From NCBI GenBank assembly GCA_003427395.1, contig BFEA01000027.1:461111-508678 (forward strand): a stretch of 47,568 nt of DNA, in the 5' to 3' direction. The position numbers were made by a program, and so were the translations under genes. Of the stretch, positions 11,931 to 24,535 are shown piece by piece. Each line of letters begins with the position of its first letter. Positions within the stretch are counted from its first letter, which is position 1. The DNA comes from Chara braunii. Taxonomy: Eukaryota; Plantae; Charophyceae. A model generated the notes under the pieces. It did not search any database and was not told where the DNA came from. It was given only the letters and a program-made list of their open reading frames with translations.

Positions 11931-12336
11931 CGAGGCTACCAGAGTGGCCGGGGGTCACTTGCCCGGCCGGGCCAAAAAAAAATTAAAAACTAAAAAATTA
12001 AAAATAAATAAATTATTGTAAAGTTTTATTTTATAATTTAAATTTGGTAAGGAATTGCGATGTGACCCTGAGGCAAAAGTTGTTGAGTTTAGTTTTCTGC
12101 ATAACATAGTTTTCTTCCGGATTTTTTTTTATTTTTTTTTTTTCTGGGACCTTCCTTGGTCCTTGCACGGGCTGGCCACCCGCCGCACCCGGGACCCGGG
12201 CGGCCCGGCTGGTAGCCTAGGTTTCTAGCGGGTTTTTTCTGTTTTTCAATTTCTTGTTTCGAATTTCTAAATGTCGAAATGGTGTCACACCGTTGCGTTT
12301 TCTAAGCTCAGCTTGGGCGGTGGGACTTCACCCCAG
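11100..12336. mobile_element. hAT-like TIR element relic with nested repeats
   Basis: CAGGGGTGAAGTCCCACCGCCCAAGTTGA ... TCAGCTTGGGCGGTGGGACTTCACCCCAG (~28-bp TIR). Internal minus-strand FVKWTGTTWMAKCIHC resembles a BED finger. An 8-bp TSD is not recognisable. Confidence 0.55.
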
Positions 12337-13003
12337 AGAGAGTGATATTAACACAAGAAGGGACATTTGAGTATTTCTGACAGGTAATTATTAAAAAAGA
12401 AAAAGGAAAAGGAAAAAGAAGAGGGAAGTGGATACTCATACTGGATGTGTTCTCCTGTGTGTGCCGTGCACGGCACACACACGAATCCCGGGGTCATTTG
12501 CGTTCCACTGCGGATTTGCCTGGGGGTCGTTTGTCGTCCGCTGACTGCAGGGCGGGATAAACAGATTGGTCTAACAGTTTGTCAGAGGGCAACCTGTATT
12601 GCTATCACCCCGTGTCGAAGAGGGGAACGCCCAGTCGTTAGGCGCCAGGTCATATGTGCCTTGCCATCTGTAGCGAGAGCATGCTGTACAGTGTACACCC
12701 CTGCGCAAGGTGATTTATTTGACATGAGCCATGAAGTAAACTCTAAAGGCCACTGAAATTTCAGTGGATGGGCTCATTCAGTGTCGCACGTTATGGTGTC
12801 GGCACTGTCGGTTCAATGGAAAACGGATAGAGTTGTGTGGAAATTAGGCAGCACCTGTCGGGATGCCGGTCAGCTGGGTAGCTGTCAGCAGGAAGGGTTG
12901 TGAAGTTATATGAGTGAGCACCGCTTTGCTGCAATCTCAAAGGGGTGTGGCTTGTCGGACTCGCAGTTTTTTTGTGAGTGCAGCACATCGTTGCGACGTC
13001 TTA

Positions 13004-13507
13004 GTGCAGGCCCCCGTGCGCTCATTACAGGACTCGACACAACATCTCACTACACAAGCTCACGACAACAATGCACCACCTGAAGGGGGGTTGTGCTTGT
13101 TATAGGACTTAACGAAACAAGCTCACGACGACAATGCACCACCTGAAGGGGGGTTGTGCTTGTTATAGGACTTAACGAAACAAGCTTACGGCAACCATGC
13201 AGCAACTGTACGGGGGGTTGCAATCTTTATAGGACTTAACCCAACATGTCGCGACACAAGCTCTGTACGGGGGTTGCGCTCGTTATAGGACTTAACCCAG
13301 CATGTCACGACACAAGCTCACGACACCCATGCAGCAAGCTGTACGAAGTATAAGTAAATCCCACTCACTCTTATGAGGAGTTTCTTTCATATGTCAAGGG
13401 CTGGTAAGGTTGGTGCGTTGTATCGAGTCAAAGCACATGCTTCACGGCTTGTGCAGGCCCCCGTCGGTTCCTTTGAGTTTCAGCCCCTTGCGACTGCACT
13501 CCCCAGG
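13004..13507 (-). pseudogene. rrn18: NUMT: plant mitochondrial SSU rRNA fragment, partly amplified in tandem
   Basis: Reverse complement gives CCTGGGGAGT...AACTCAAAGGAA...GGGGGCCTGCACAAG...ACCTTACCAGCCCTTGACATATGAA...AAGTCCTATAACGAGCGCAACCC. CCCTTGACATATGAA and GTCCTATAACG are plant mitochondrial signatures. Many substitutions. Confidence 0.9.
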
Positions 13508-14379
13508 GTTCGGGACCCACGAGCAGTGTTGTACAACGTGTGTGACGCTGTTTTCACATTTAAAAAAAAATGGGTTTCCCGATTTTTTTAGATTTTAAAA
13601 CCTCGTTTTCTGCGGATTAACGAAAGCCAAGCATTCTCTGGATTGCTAAAAGGTTTTTTGACTCTCCTGTCAGCCAATGGGCAACGAGGCAGCGAATTCG
13701 ACGCCTTTTTTGAGGATGGGTTCTTCGGTCAGCCAATGGGCTGCGTCCTCTGAAAGTTGTGTTTCTCCTTTGCCGATCAGATGGCGGCTGACAGCAACGA
13801 GGAAGCAACGAGGAATTGTTGCAAAATCGCCCCCTACCTCAAAAATGGGCAAAAATGCTTTCAATCCGGAGAACAGTGAGTGGAATTCTAATTAAAAAGA
13901 AAATTTCAAATGAAGTAGTAAGCCTATCTAATGGGCAAAAATGCTTTCAATCCGGAGCGCAGATTGGTTGACACCCCCCGGCCACGAAACTTCACGTGAA
14001 GTGTCACAAACAGGCAGGCTGGGGATATCAATCTCCATCCATGGACTGTATGTGTCACAAAAGGCCGCACGTGATTGAAAACGCCAGCAAGTCGTCGTAA
14101 AACGTCTCTAATGGGTCCTGTCCCCAGGTGGAGTGATTTTGTCCACTATGTGGAATTGGAATTATAAAAAAAACAAAGAAAAAAAAACAGGAAACATGGG
14201 AGATCCCGGTGGTTGAATGTGTTATGACCGGATTGTGACTGAAAATGGAGGAAATTGGAACGAACAAAAAGTTATGGGTGGGTTTGCTGACTGATGAACT
14301 CAGTGCTGTCTTTGAAATAATTGCCCTTCATCTGAAAATGGTATTGTGTGTCCTGTATAATCGTTTGTCGTCGCACCAG

Positions 14380-14524
14380 GGGGCAGGAGCTTATACGGAC
14401 AGGGAAGATGCATGGTGGGGACCGTCCTTACTCCCTCTACGAAGGAGTTGCTGGCTTCTCGTATCTCTGGCTTGATTTGTGTCAGCCTGAAAATAGCAGG
14501 TTCCCTGGCTATGAGCTATTTTGA
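14380..14524 (+). CDS. LANCL: LanC-like protein (GCR2/GCL family), last exon
   Basis: cag|G GGG CAG...TTT TGA. Encodes (R)GQELIRTGKMHGGDRPYSLYEGVAGFSYLWLDLCQPENSRFPGYELF*, the typical GCR2-like C-terminus; phase matches the 8883 donor. Missed by the ORF track. Confidence 0.95.
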
Positions 14525-14556
14525 CCGTTGCAACCTACACTAGTCTTCCCTTTCAG

Positions 14557-14559
<3 letters not shown>

Positions 14560-14637
<78 letters not shown>

Positions 14638-14700
14638 TGCGTGTGAGAGAGAGAGTGTGTGCGTGAGAGAGAGAGAGAGAGAAAGGTTTTCCACATATAC

Positions 14701-14787
<87 letters not shown>
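14560..14787. repeat. Compound (GT)n/(GA)n microsatellite just 3' of the LANCL stop
   Basis: GT and GA runs. Confidence 0.95.
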
Positions 14788-17700
14788 GTGATCCATGTTT
14801 GTTCATTCCTTTCAATGAAGGAAGGTGAGCGTACCTCAGGAGTAGGCGTCTTGCATCATTTTGTGCAGTACCCAAAGTAGGATGCTTTACTTTTTGTGGC
14901 TAGTTGTTGCAAAGGTCACAAAGGTGTCAATGTTATTGCGGCTTGTCAGGATGGTATGGCATCAGATTTTTGCACACGGTAATGCAATGCATAGTTTGAA
15001 TGAATTCATCCTCGCTTCCTCTTTTAGTGCCAAAACAAAAGGTGCTGGTATTCTGAAGTCAGTACGTAGTCACCTGTACAGCTTTGACAGAAGGCCTTTT
15101 AAATTCGGCAAGAAAGGCCCAGGCCTGCCATGAAAAGGTACAGTTTTAGTGTCCTTTGACAGAAAGCCTGTGTAGGTCGGTGTCAGGAACGAAGGTAGTC
15201 TGGTGGGCAGTGGTAGCAGCCCTCCTCCATGCTAGACAATGTGGAGGAGAATCAGTGTGCAATAAATTCCACTTTAATGTAGAATCGCTGTGGAAAGTAC
15301 CAATTGGATCTTGATGTACAGGGGCAGTTCAAACACTTCACTTCGATGTCAGAGATAAGTTTGGCGCGATGTATGCTTTCCATAGTCCTCTCTCCTCCTG
15401 TGGCTGGGTGAAAAGATGTGATGTCGACGGCCCACCGAAGCGGAACGGCTGCAGTTAGTGCATTCATTGTATTATTACAGGCATGTGATGCTGCCACTTG
15501 CAAGAAGCGGTGGCCGTAAATTCTGCAATCGTTGTAGCGTTGCACATTTTCATTTCATTTGCGTTCCGTTTAAACATGCATCCGACCGGACTGCTTGCCC
15601 GGCCATAAAAGGGGGTAAAGGTACTCAGTGTAGGCATGTATGTGCTGGCGCCAACACCACAAAGAATAAAGAAATCCCATCTGGACCTTCTATATAAAAA
15701 TTGATATTTGATAAGTTGAGTAAGGAAGCCATCGTATTGTCTCAACAAATTGGAATTTAGCAGTAGAATTCTCAAATTGTATCCAAAACAACAGAGTCTA
15801 GTCTAGGCTCTGTTGTGTACGGTGTGTCCGCCTTACCGCTTGCCCGGCTAGTCTACTTGTATGACGCAATTTCTGTACATATCGTGCCATTTCATCTCTC
15901 ATGACGCAATTTCTGTACATTGTACATTTTCATCTGTCTGCCCTTCGGTATGTCCGGAGTTTCTATACACAGTTTCACACTTGCCATTCCCCTTGGAGGA
16001 TTTTTTTGGAGTCCTTGCAGTGTACCGATCTTTGTCACAAGAGTGGTCCCGGAACATTTGATCCAATTTGGTAAAGAATTTTGATGTGACCTGGAGGCCA
16101 AAGTTGTTAAGTTCGTTTTTGCTGCACAACGGTCCCTTGTTTTCCCAATGTAGTTCTTTTCCCGGATTTTTCGGAGGATGTATTTTTATTCCACATTTTT
16201 GCTGCACAACTGTCTAGTTTTGGAGGCTGCATTTTTATTCTACATGTTTGCTGCACAACTGTCCCTAGTTCCCAACATAGTTTTTTTCCGGGATTTTTTG
16301 GAGGGTGTATTTTTTTTTCCCACATGGAGTTTTCCTGGCCGTTAGCCGGCAGGGCCGCCGAGGAAACCAAGGTGCCCCGGGCAGCACACAGTGGGTGGAA
16401 ATACAGGTTTTCTGATGTCAATCTTCTCCCTTGTTGCTAGAAGACTCCTCCCCTTAGGGCAATGTGATCTCGATCATCCAACTTCATACTGGCGCATAGC
16501 TTGCAGAGAAATGGTGGCGGATGTTTTTGTGAAGCGGCGTCCGTAAGGAGGAGATGTCTCCCGAAGCTGCCAGTGCCTGCTACCACTCGTCCCTCACCTA
16601 AGAAGACAATTTAACATCTGTTTGAATACTGGCTGAGGTAGTCTTCTTCTTTTTTTTTATCACGTTTTTTTTTTGGAACACTGCAGTGCAATAGCTACTC
16701 TCATTGGGGCCCAGTGCCTACAATGACACTTTTTTTTCCTATTTTTTGAAGCACCAATTTCACCTCTACAATGGGCTACATACGCAAAGAGAAAGGAACG
16801 GGCAGACAGGTAAGTCTTGCGCACACCGGGGCACAGAGCCAACAATGATACTTTTTTTTTCTATTTTTTCAAGCATCGATTTCACCTCTACACACCAAAA
16901 GAATGGCAATCTATGAAACCACAAAGCTAGCGAGGTGGGGAGCAATCTATTGCTTGTCAGCCCAGTTCTTGTCACGGTATTCTCATGCAGCTCTGTCCAG
17001 AATGTATCTGGTCTGGGCCGGTGGACAAGTGGACAACGCCTGAGTAGCTTGCTTTTAGTTTATTTACTTTGTTTTCTTTCTTTTTTCTTTTTTCTTTTTT
17101 TTTTCCTTAGAAATTGATTGCCTGTCAGTTCTTTTTTCGTGAGGACCTCCAGCAGCAGACCCGCCACCAGCAGCAGACCCGCCACCCTCTTTTCCCCATG
17201 TGCGGGTAAGCAAAAATTGACGTGCAGGGAATCTTAAGTGGCTCAGCAATAATTTGTGCACAGGGCCTTTTCTTTTTAGGTCATTTCTAGGCTCAGCATC
17301 AATGGCCGGGGAAGGAACTGGTGGTTTAACATCTATAGCAATTTTCAGTGTCTAAACCCTAAACCCTAAGTGACCTAATTCTTTCCAACATCGAAGTAGG
17401 ACATACTACGTACAGACAGCCTTCAAGATCTAACAGGAAGGCAAAACTATGTTGACAACTCGTAACAAGCGGACCGAGGGAGGAAAAAGGAAGTCCAAAT
17501 TTATTGTTTTTAAAGCGCAAGTGTAAACAACAACCCCCCCCCACCTTACTTCACACCAATGTGTCTCCCAAAAAAGCTTCCAACATCAGAAGCAGCAGAA
17601 GGAGGGAGAGAAATATGGAAACCCCTTTCCTTGTGTAAACCCTCTATCCTGACGGTGGTAAGACAATCGTCAGCATAGAGGGTTTACCTGTCGGGCTGCT

Positions 17701-18031
17701 CCATCTATTGGTGGGGAGTGGCACCTGCTGGAAACAGGGTCCAGCATCCCATTGATACATCTTTTTTTTTTTGAACCGCCGCGAAAGTGTGTGTCAACAA
17801 GCCTCCCAACCACGAATCAGATAGGTGAAACCTATTCAATCCACCTTCGACCACCACGAGCATGGCTGTTTTCAGCACGAGCCGAAGCTCTTCCAGGTCT
17901 CACGCTCCCATCAGGCTAGGTTACAGAGTCGGTTATCAAAAATTCTGTGTGTAATGACCCTTGTCACCGTACTTCACACTAGTCTCCCAAACAGACTGAG
18001 AGGCTACCACCACCATATCTTCAACAGTTAA

Positions 18032-18168
18032 ACCAGCAGTACCTAAGATCACTGTGTGCACCAAAGAAAAATGAACCCTCAGGTACCCAAACCCTTGGAA
18101 AGTCAATCGGTATTCAAGGGGGGAGAGGTACTGGTGGTACGAGTCAAGTGGGGAAAGGTACTGGTGGT
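18032..18168. mobile_element. MITE of the ACCACCAGTAC TIR family
   Basis: ttaa|ACCAGCAGTACCT...AGGTACTGGTGGT|ttag; the right end is duplicated. Confidence 0.6.
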
Positions 18169-18967
18169 TTAGGAGATAATTTTCCATGGAGGGTGAACCC
18201 TCTTGAGCCTCTAGAGTAAAATGTGGAAGTAAAATGTGCAAGTAAAACGTGCAAGTAAAACGTGCAAGTAAAATGTGGAAGTCGACGGCGCGAAGTCTGG
18301 CGACAAAAGTACAATCCACTTGAACCGACAGTACCTCGCCCAACTTTGAAAAAAATGCCTCCTCCGTTATGAAGAAAACTTTCTCAAAATGGCAAATTTC
18401 TTTGACTATGATATTCACAATGTCTGGATTCATTTTCAAAATTGAGAACAGTCTCAAAGTAGCATCCATTTATTTAAGTAAGAAGAAAAAAAACTTCTAT
18501 GCGATTATTGTCCATCCCCATATCTTCGCCATATTTGTGTTAATTCAGTCCAAACTAGTTTATTTTTACATATCCTTTTTATTTGTTTATGCAAAATCAT
18601 TTTTACCTCACCAAACACTTCTACATTTTTTTACTCCAAAAAATTGAATTGTTGATACATTTGATCTCCAGTTTCCCTTTTCTCTTCCATAAGCTCGCCC
18701 AAAATTCCCAAACGGAAAGCCATCAAACATGAAATTCAACCCTAATGAACCATTTGACGAGTAGGCAACAGATCGTATGATATAATTACAAGCACCTTGT
18801 ACAATCTGTTGTTTTTTTTTGAAGAATCTTTGCAATATCTAAGTTCACCCAAGCCAATTTGGCATGCGGTTTACCGGCTTAATCACAAAATCCATATTTA
18901 GGTGCTTCCGTTGTGATATTGGTTTTCCAAAGACTGATAAGCGTAGACAATAATTTAACTCTCTCCT

Positions 18968-19365
18968 CGAGGATATACACCCAATCCAATTCTCCTTTAG
19001 CTGCTTTTACACAGGTGTACGTAAAGCGTAGACAATAATTTAACTTTATCACCAAGCTCTACCCTCGAGGATATACACCCAATCCAATTTTCCTTTAGCT
19101 GCTTCTATACAGGTGTACGTAGAAGAAGTTGGTATAGACACACCCTCCGTGTAAAGCTTGAAGTGATGAATTAAATGTTTCATGGATTATGTCATTTAAG
19201 AGCCTGAAGGACGACAAAGTCTACGAACATCCGCTTTGATCATGCCGCTAGGCATTTTGATTCACGCATTGGACAATGATTCAAAGACTTTATCGCATTT
19301 CTTCAGTGAGCACACAATAACAATCATTACAATCTCCTCGTAGGTACTACGGGTAAATCAAATTA
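18968..19365 (-). pseudogene. nad7: NUMT: degenerate mitochondrial nad7 3' fragment
   Basis: With stops and frameshifts the minus strand reads [41 protein letters not shown]...SMKHLIHHFKLYTEGVSIPTSSTYTCIEAAKG, compared with nad7 [39 protein letters not shown]...[32 protein letters not shown]. The 3' end is locally duplicated. Confidence 0.9.
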
Positions 19366-20757
19366 TACTTTGCCATACCAATAAGATTCAACCCAAACGA
19401 ACAAATGAACAAAAAATCATTACACTATGCATCAAAAAAAAAAAAAAAAAAAAAACTACGCTACGCTCTTGCGAACAGATCACCAGCAACATGCATAGAC
19501 ATTTGCCACTCACACGTCTATCCACAGGGTCTACAACGAAGCTAAGAAGAAAGCGTCTGCAACATGGGACGCAAGCCATTTTGGGTTTCTAACCTGCAGG
19601 TTCATCTGCAATGCTGTTCGATCTCGCACCTTCCCGAAACTAATAAGAAACCAAGCAATTTTGCAAATCAACCGTACAGAAACCAGCAGCGTCCCCGGCC
19701 AACCCGAGGTCAAGGGACGCAAGCCAACAGTGCAATCAAGCAACCTCCCAGGGCTACGGCAAGGGCTAAAGCAATTAGGTGCCTCGCTAAACTCTCAATC
19801 AAGTCAAGGACGACCAGAATGAAGCCTTGAAGCATGTCTGCCCCAGGCCAATCTTATGGCGATTGGCAAGGCGAAAACATCCAGATGCATGCGAGAACAT
19901 CCAGTTGTGTGTTGCGACGGAATGCTTATGGACAGCTGTATGACAGGAAACTGTCATATAAGGTTTGGGTGGCAATGTCTCACATCTTACTCCTCTCCTA
20001 CCCTTTTTGGTTTGCCTTTAACTGGAGCTATTGCTTTATTCCCCTTCAAGATGTGGATGCACCACACTCCACCCTAAGGTGTATTGAAGCCACACGAGCA
20101 CACACAAAAGCTTCCATGATGTACACCACATACAGATATATGGTGGTCCCACTCGCCGCACAGAGCTACCGATGCCCGACAATTACGTTAGACTGCTACG
20201 TTGGCATCCGTGAACTCGTTGAAGTCTGTGCGTGTGTGAGTGTCAGTGTATGTGTACCGAAAAAAAACAGTAGCGTTCCAAAGTGTTCCTTTGGGCTTTC
20301 ACCATGTTTAAAAATTCCCCACACCATGCCCCGTCCACATCCAGCCCGATTTGAGATTCTTACAAACCCACACCCAGGTGAGCCAGCATCGGAGTCCACC
20401 CTGCCCACCCCTAGACATTTTATAGCTCCTGCACCTCTGCCCAAACTCGATCCCACTCCGACGACCCTCACCCACCCAAATACCCTGAAGGATTATTCCA
20501 CAGATCTTCACTCACGGCACGAGGCAGTCACAGAGGCAGTTCGAATAAAGAAACTTCAGCTGAACTGACACTGCAAGGGATGTAGGAAAAGGAACGGGGT
20601 GGGACAGTCTATTCGTGGGGGAACAGCACATGCTGGGAACCAGGTCCCATATAGAGTTACACAGGTCGTTGAGATACTGGGGCCATTACCCGGCTTCGTC
20701 TCAGAATGGCAATGTCCATTCTTTGAAAGGGACAAAGTATAGATTGCAAAAGGTTAA

Positions 20758-21476
20758 ACCACCAGTACCTCACTCAGCTATCGGCTGCGGGCGTTCCCAT
20801 ATACGCGCCGAGTGCCTTTGAGGCGCTTATTTCTTTTTTTTATTTTAATTGCTTCTTTATTGTATGTGGACAGTTGCTTAGGAAGAATTATAGACTGATA
20901 TTCTTTTTTTAGGGGGGGTCGACCAAGGGAAGGCCCGGTTGTTGCGCTAAGGCCGGGCCCCGGTTCTGTAGAGATGACACTACAACAGAAAAAACAATAC
21001 AAGAACAAAGGGAAAAGAAAAAGAAATACACAAACGAAAAAAAAAGAAATACACAGAAGGAAAGTCGCATGGGAGAGAGAGAGAGCGAGAGAGAGAGAGA
21101 GAGCCCTCCCTCTCTCTCTCTCTCTCGTCTCGAAAAAACGAAACGGGAAATGCATCCCGTTTCGTTTTTTCGAGACGAGAGAGAGAGAAAGAGGGAGGGG
21201 CGGCAAGTTCGCCGCGACCCTCCGTGCAGGTCCCCCCCCCCCTCTCTCTCTCTCTGCCGAAGCGGGTAGATTCATCTTCTTGTTTCCGACACAAAGCGGG
21301 AATGATTCCGTTCGTTATTCTTATTTCTTTTCTTTTTCATTTTTCTGTTTCCGTTTTTTTGGTGCATTTCATGGCAACGTTCGGTATGCCTGCGCCCGGT
21401 AGTCCGAGCCTCGGGACGGGTCGGCCTACCGGTCGGCCGAGGCTCGGACTCGATAGCTGCGCCAGGTACTGGTGGT
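20758..21476. mobile_element. Non-autonomous TIR element (ACCACCAGTAC family) with an internal perfect hairpin
   Basis: ttaa|ACCACCAGTACCT...CAGCTATCG ... CGATAGCTGCGCCAGGTACTGGTGGT|ttac; palindrome at 21104-21199. Confidence 0.7.
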
Positions 21477-24400
21477 TTACGATAGTACCTCGGATTAATC
21501 ATATGCTTGAAGCTTACGTACAACTATACATCCCACTTCCCTCACGAGTCGCAACAAAGGAAAAACAACGACAACGTCAACTCAATTCATTATGTCGTTG
21601 GGGCATTTGGTACAGTCGGTACTCTCTTCGCCCCAGTAAACCTGCTGAGTGGATATCCATTTTGCAAGGGCAGACTCTTCTTGCTTACGATCCCCCACCG
21701 GCTTTTACCCTACCCGATGACAGTACAAAACAGAAACATAAAACGTGCCCAGGGAGATGCTTCCTCCTGCGCAAGAGCAGTTAACTCGTATATAACTAAC
21801 CAAGAGGCGGTTACCATCAACAGACAAGCACCACTTCTTGTTGCTCAACTATAATGCTCACAGAGATTCCTCTTCATTCAATCGCCCAATCACGACTGCA
21901 ATCGCCTTACGAAGTGCCCGAAATCTGAACAGTGTTTTGAGCTCCAGCTGCCAACTGCATTACGCCTCACAAAAGATTCGGACACATAAAGACATTGCAC
22001 GCGATGGATGGATCCTATCTCACATATCGCTCGTCGGTCGACATCCTAAGCGGTCATGGAGACCTCCCGTACGCATAGTCCTAACATGCATGGTGTGGAA
22101 TACCGGTCCCATTGCCCAGGAGCACAACAGGCCCCACATGAAAAGTCCAATCCATCCAGCCAAATGCTACCAGCTCCCGATGCGCGCCTGCCCGGACAAA
22201 AATGATCAAATAATCGCAAATGGCACTACACCCTTCACCAACGAATATACGAAGATCAGGGTCGCCAAGGCATAAATCTGTACATTCACAGAGCAAGAAG
22301 CTAAGAAGCTAAAGTGTGACCCGGTTTTCAACACGGCTTAATGCAATGAATCCCTCCTTAGATCAGGCAACCGTTCAGATCAAAAGACCTTGAAATCCAT
22401 ACTAGGAAGAACCATGAAATTCTTCCACACCCATTCAAATACAACAATTTTGTCCATTGGACCCTTCGTGTGTTGTAACGACTGGGAATAACAAAACACC
22501 AAATTCGATAACTGAAATCCATTACAGTAAATCCAAACCGTTTGTAGTAAGAACAAGCATGGGTGTGCTGAAAACACAAGGAATATATAGTCGAAGAACC
22601 GGTAGTGGTGGATGCATTAGAATGTACCTGTGCCCTGGATTGCATTTAATTGTTTTCATATCCGCTTAAAAGTAGGCCACCAGAGTGGCCCGAGCCCTGA
22701 GGCAAAAGTTGTTTAGTTCATATTTCTCCATAACTTTTCCGATTTTTTGGATTTGCTTTTATTTTTTTATTTTTTTTGCTGGGACCTTTGCCCCATAGTT
22801 AACTTTCGGCAAAGTGCTCTCGTCTGTTGGTGATGAGCAGCACCTGCTCAAAGCCGTGTTGAAAACCGGGTCAATCAGCCCCGTGCACCCCCCCACCAAC
22901 TCTTGTAGTGGTGTATGGCGAACATGGAAAAACATAAACACACCACAATCACTACCTCACCCTTCCGCAACAACATCAACAAACAAACTACAGGCTGGAA
23001 AGAAAGTAAAAAATAACAAAGAAGCAGATGTTGCTTTCAAATGCAGATGTTGCTTTTGCATGCGTCGTTCGTCTATCAAATATGTACCGTGTCCTTCGCC
23101 CGATCAGTGCCTACAGTCGACCGTGTCATCTATCAAATATGTACCGTGTCCTTCGCCCGATCAGTGCCTACAGTCGACCGTGTCGTTCGCCCGATTAATG
23201 CACGGTCAATGTCCACACGCATATAGCTGGGAAACTCGGCTCTGTTATACCGGGCACTCGCACACAATTGTTGCATTTCGGAACAGAGAGATCCGCATTT
23301 TCACATCGCACACAATTGTTGCATTTCGGAACAGACAGATCCGCATTTTCGCATTCTTACCATCTGCTTGTACCAGATGGCATACACTAAGAAAGGCGAA
23401 AGCAGGCACGTTCACAAGTTTTTAGACTCCTCCACACATTTCCTCCCACACATTTCCTCCCACACATTTCGGGTCGTCTAGCTGCGCCAACGACGTAGAG
23501 TACCGACACCGAAAGCTCATTATGAGGGCCTCCAGCAGCAGACCGGGTCGTCTAGCTGCGCCAAGGCATGAAGTGTGCACACACACCAGGCTTCATGCCT
23601 GCAACAAACAAAACCGTTGCTAAGATATCGCAAGATGCTCATTAGGAAAAAGAACACTCAGGAAGCAACTGCTGTGAATAACCACTCGGAACCTCACATT
23701 CCCAACAGACAGTTTCACTGCAATATTTTTACAATCGATTCCAAGTAAGAACACGTTGACTCACTGCACAACATTGCTCAATTGTGAAACAAACATCCCA
23801 GGATCAGTTCTGCGATGCATTCCGTCCTTAAGATACTGCCAGAGACAACTAGTCTTCCTCACAGCATGAGGTTTCCACAATACAAACAACGGACTGACGA
23901 CTTCCACCAAACCCACGCCGCGATGCTGCCGCCATCCCCAACGAAAAGCTCTTCACTAAATAACGATCAGGACACTAAACTGGCAGTCCGAATAGAACAA
24001 GAAAAGACATGCTGACTTCACTACTACCTCTCGAATCGAAAAAGCTACAAAATCCTCATGCTAACAAATGCGACGTCGAACTCCCATGCGTCCAAACGAC
24101 AAGCCCAAATGAGACCCTACTCTTCAAGCCACTACGCAAGAGATGGGAAAGCATACGCCATCATCAAGTAGGATCATATACATGTAGTACCTCTCCTCTT
24201 CCGTCCGAATACTACTACCAAAGCCTGCGCGCTCGATAAAGCTTCGAATCAGAATCCCGACACGGAGAGAGAAACAATCCGACCGAGCCTGTGGCGGAAG
24301 CCACAATCTCTTGGAGGCCCGTGCTGACAGAGAAAGAGCCAGCCAACAGATACCGTGCCAGGAGCCATCGAGCCGTCTTGATCGTCGACTTCCGCCTCCC

Positions 24401-24480
24401 GCCGAACCCAAATAAATGGAGAACGAAACTTACAACCTAAGTAAAAACCGAGCTGCAAAAATAGAATTTCTCCGCTGCAG

Positions 24481-24535
24481 CTAACTGTGCTTGGCTTGCT
24501 TGTGCGATTGAAGAGCAGTTTCGCTTGCAAAACCC
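24481..24535 (-). CDS. HDT: HD2-type histone deacetylase, exon 11 (last coding exon; end of the C2H2 finger)
   Basis: ccag|G GGT TTT...CAC AGT TAG = (R)GFASETALQSHKQAKHS*. Confidence 0.9.

Noticed and set aside
17352-17369. CTAAACCCTAAACCCTAA as a telomerase RNA template or telomere
   Set aside because: Only 2.5 units with no USE/TATA promoter or flanking structure seen; at most an interstitial telomeric repeat or telo-box.
19834-20568. 244-aa ORF
   Set aside because: No recognisable domain; it crosses repeat relics and has no supporting splice structure.
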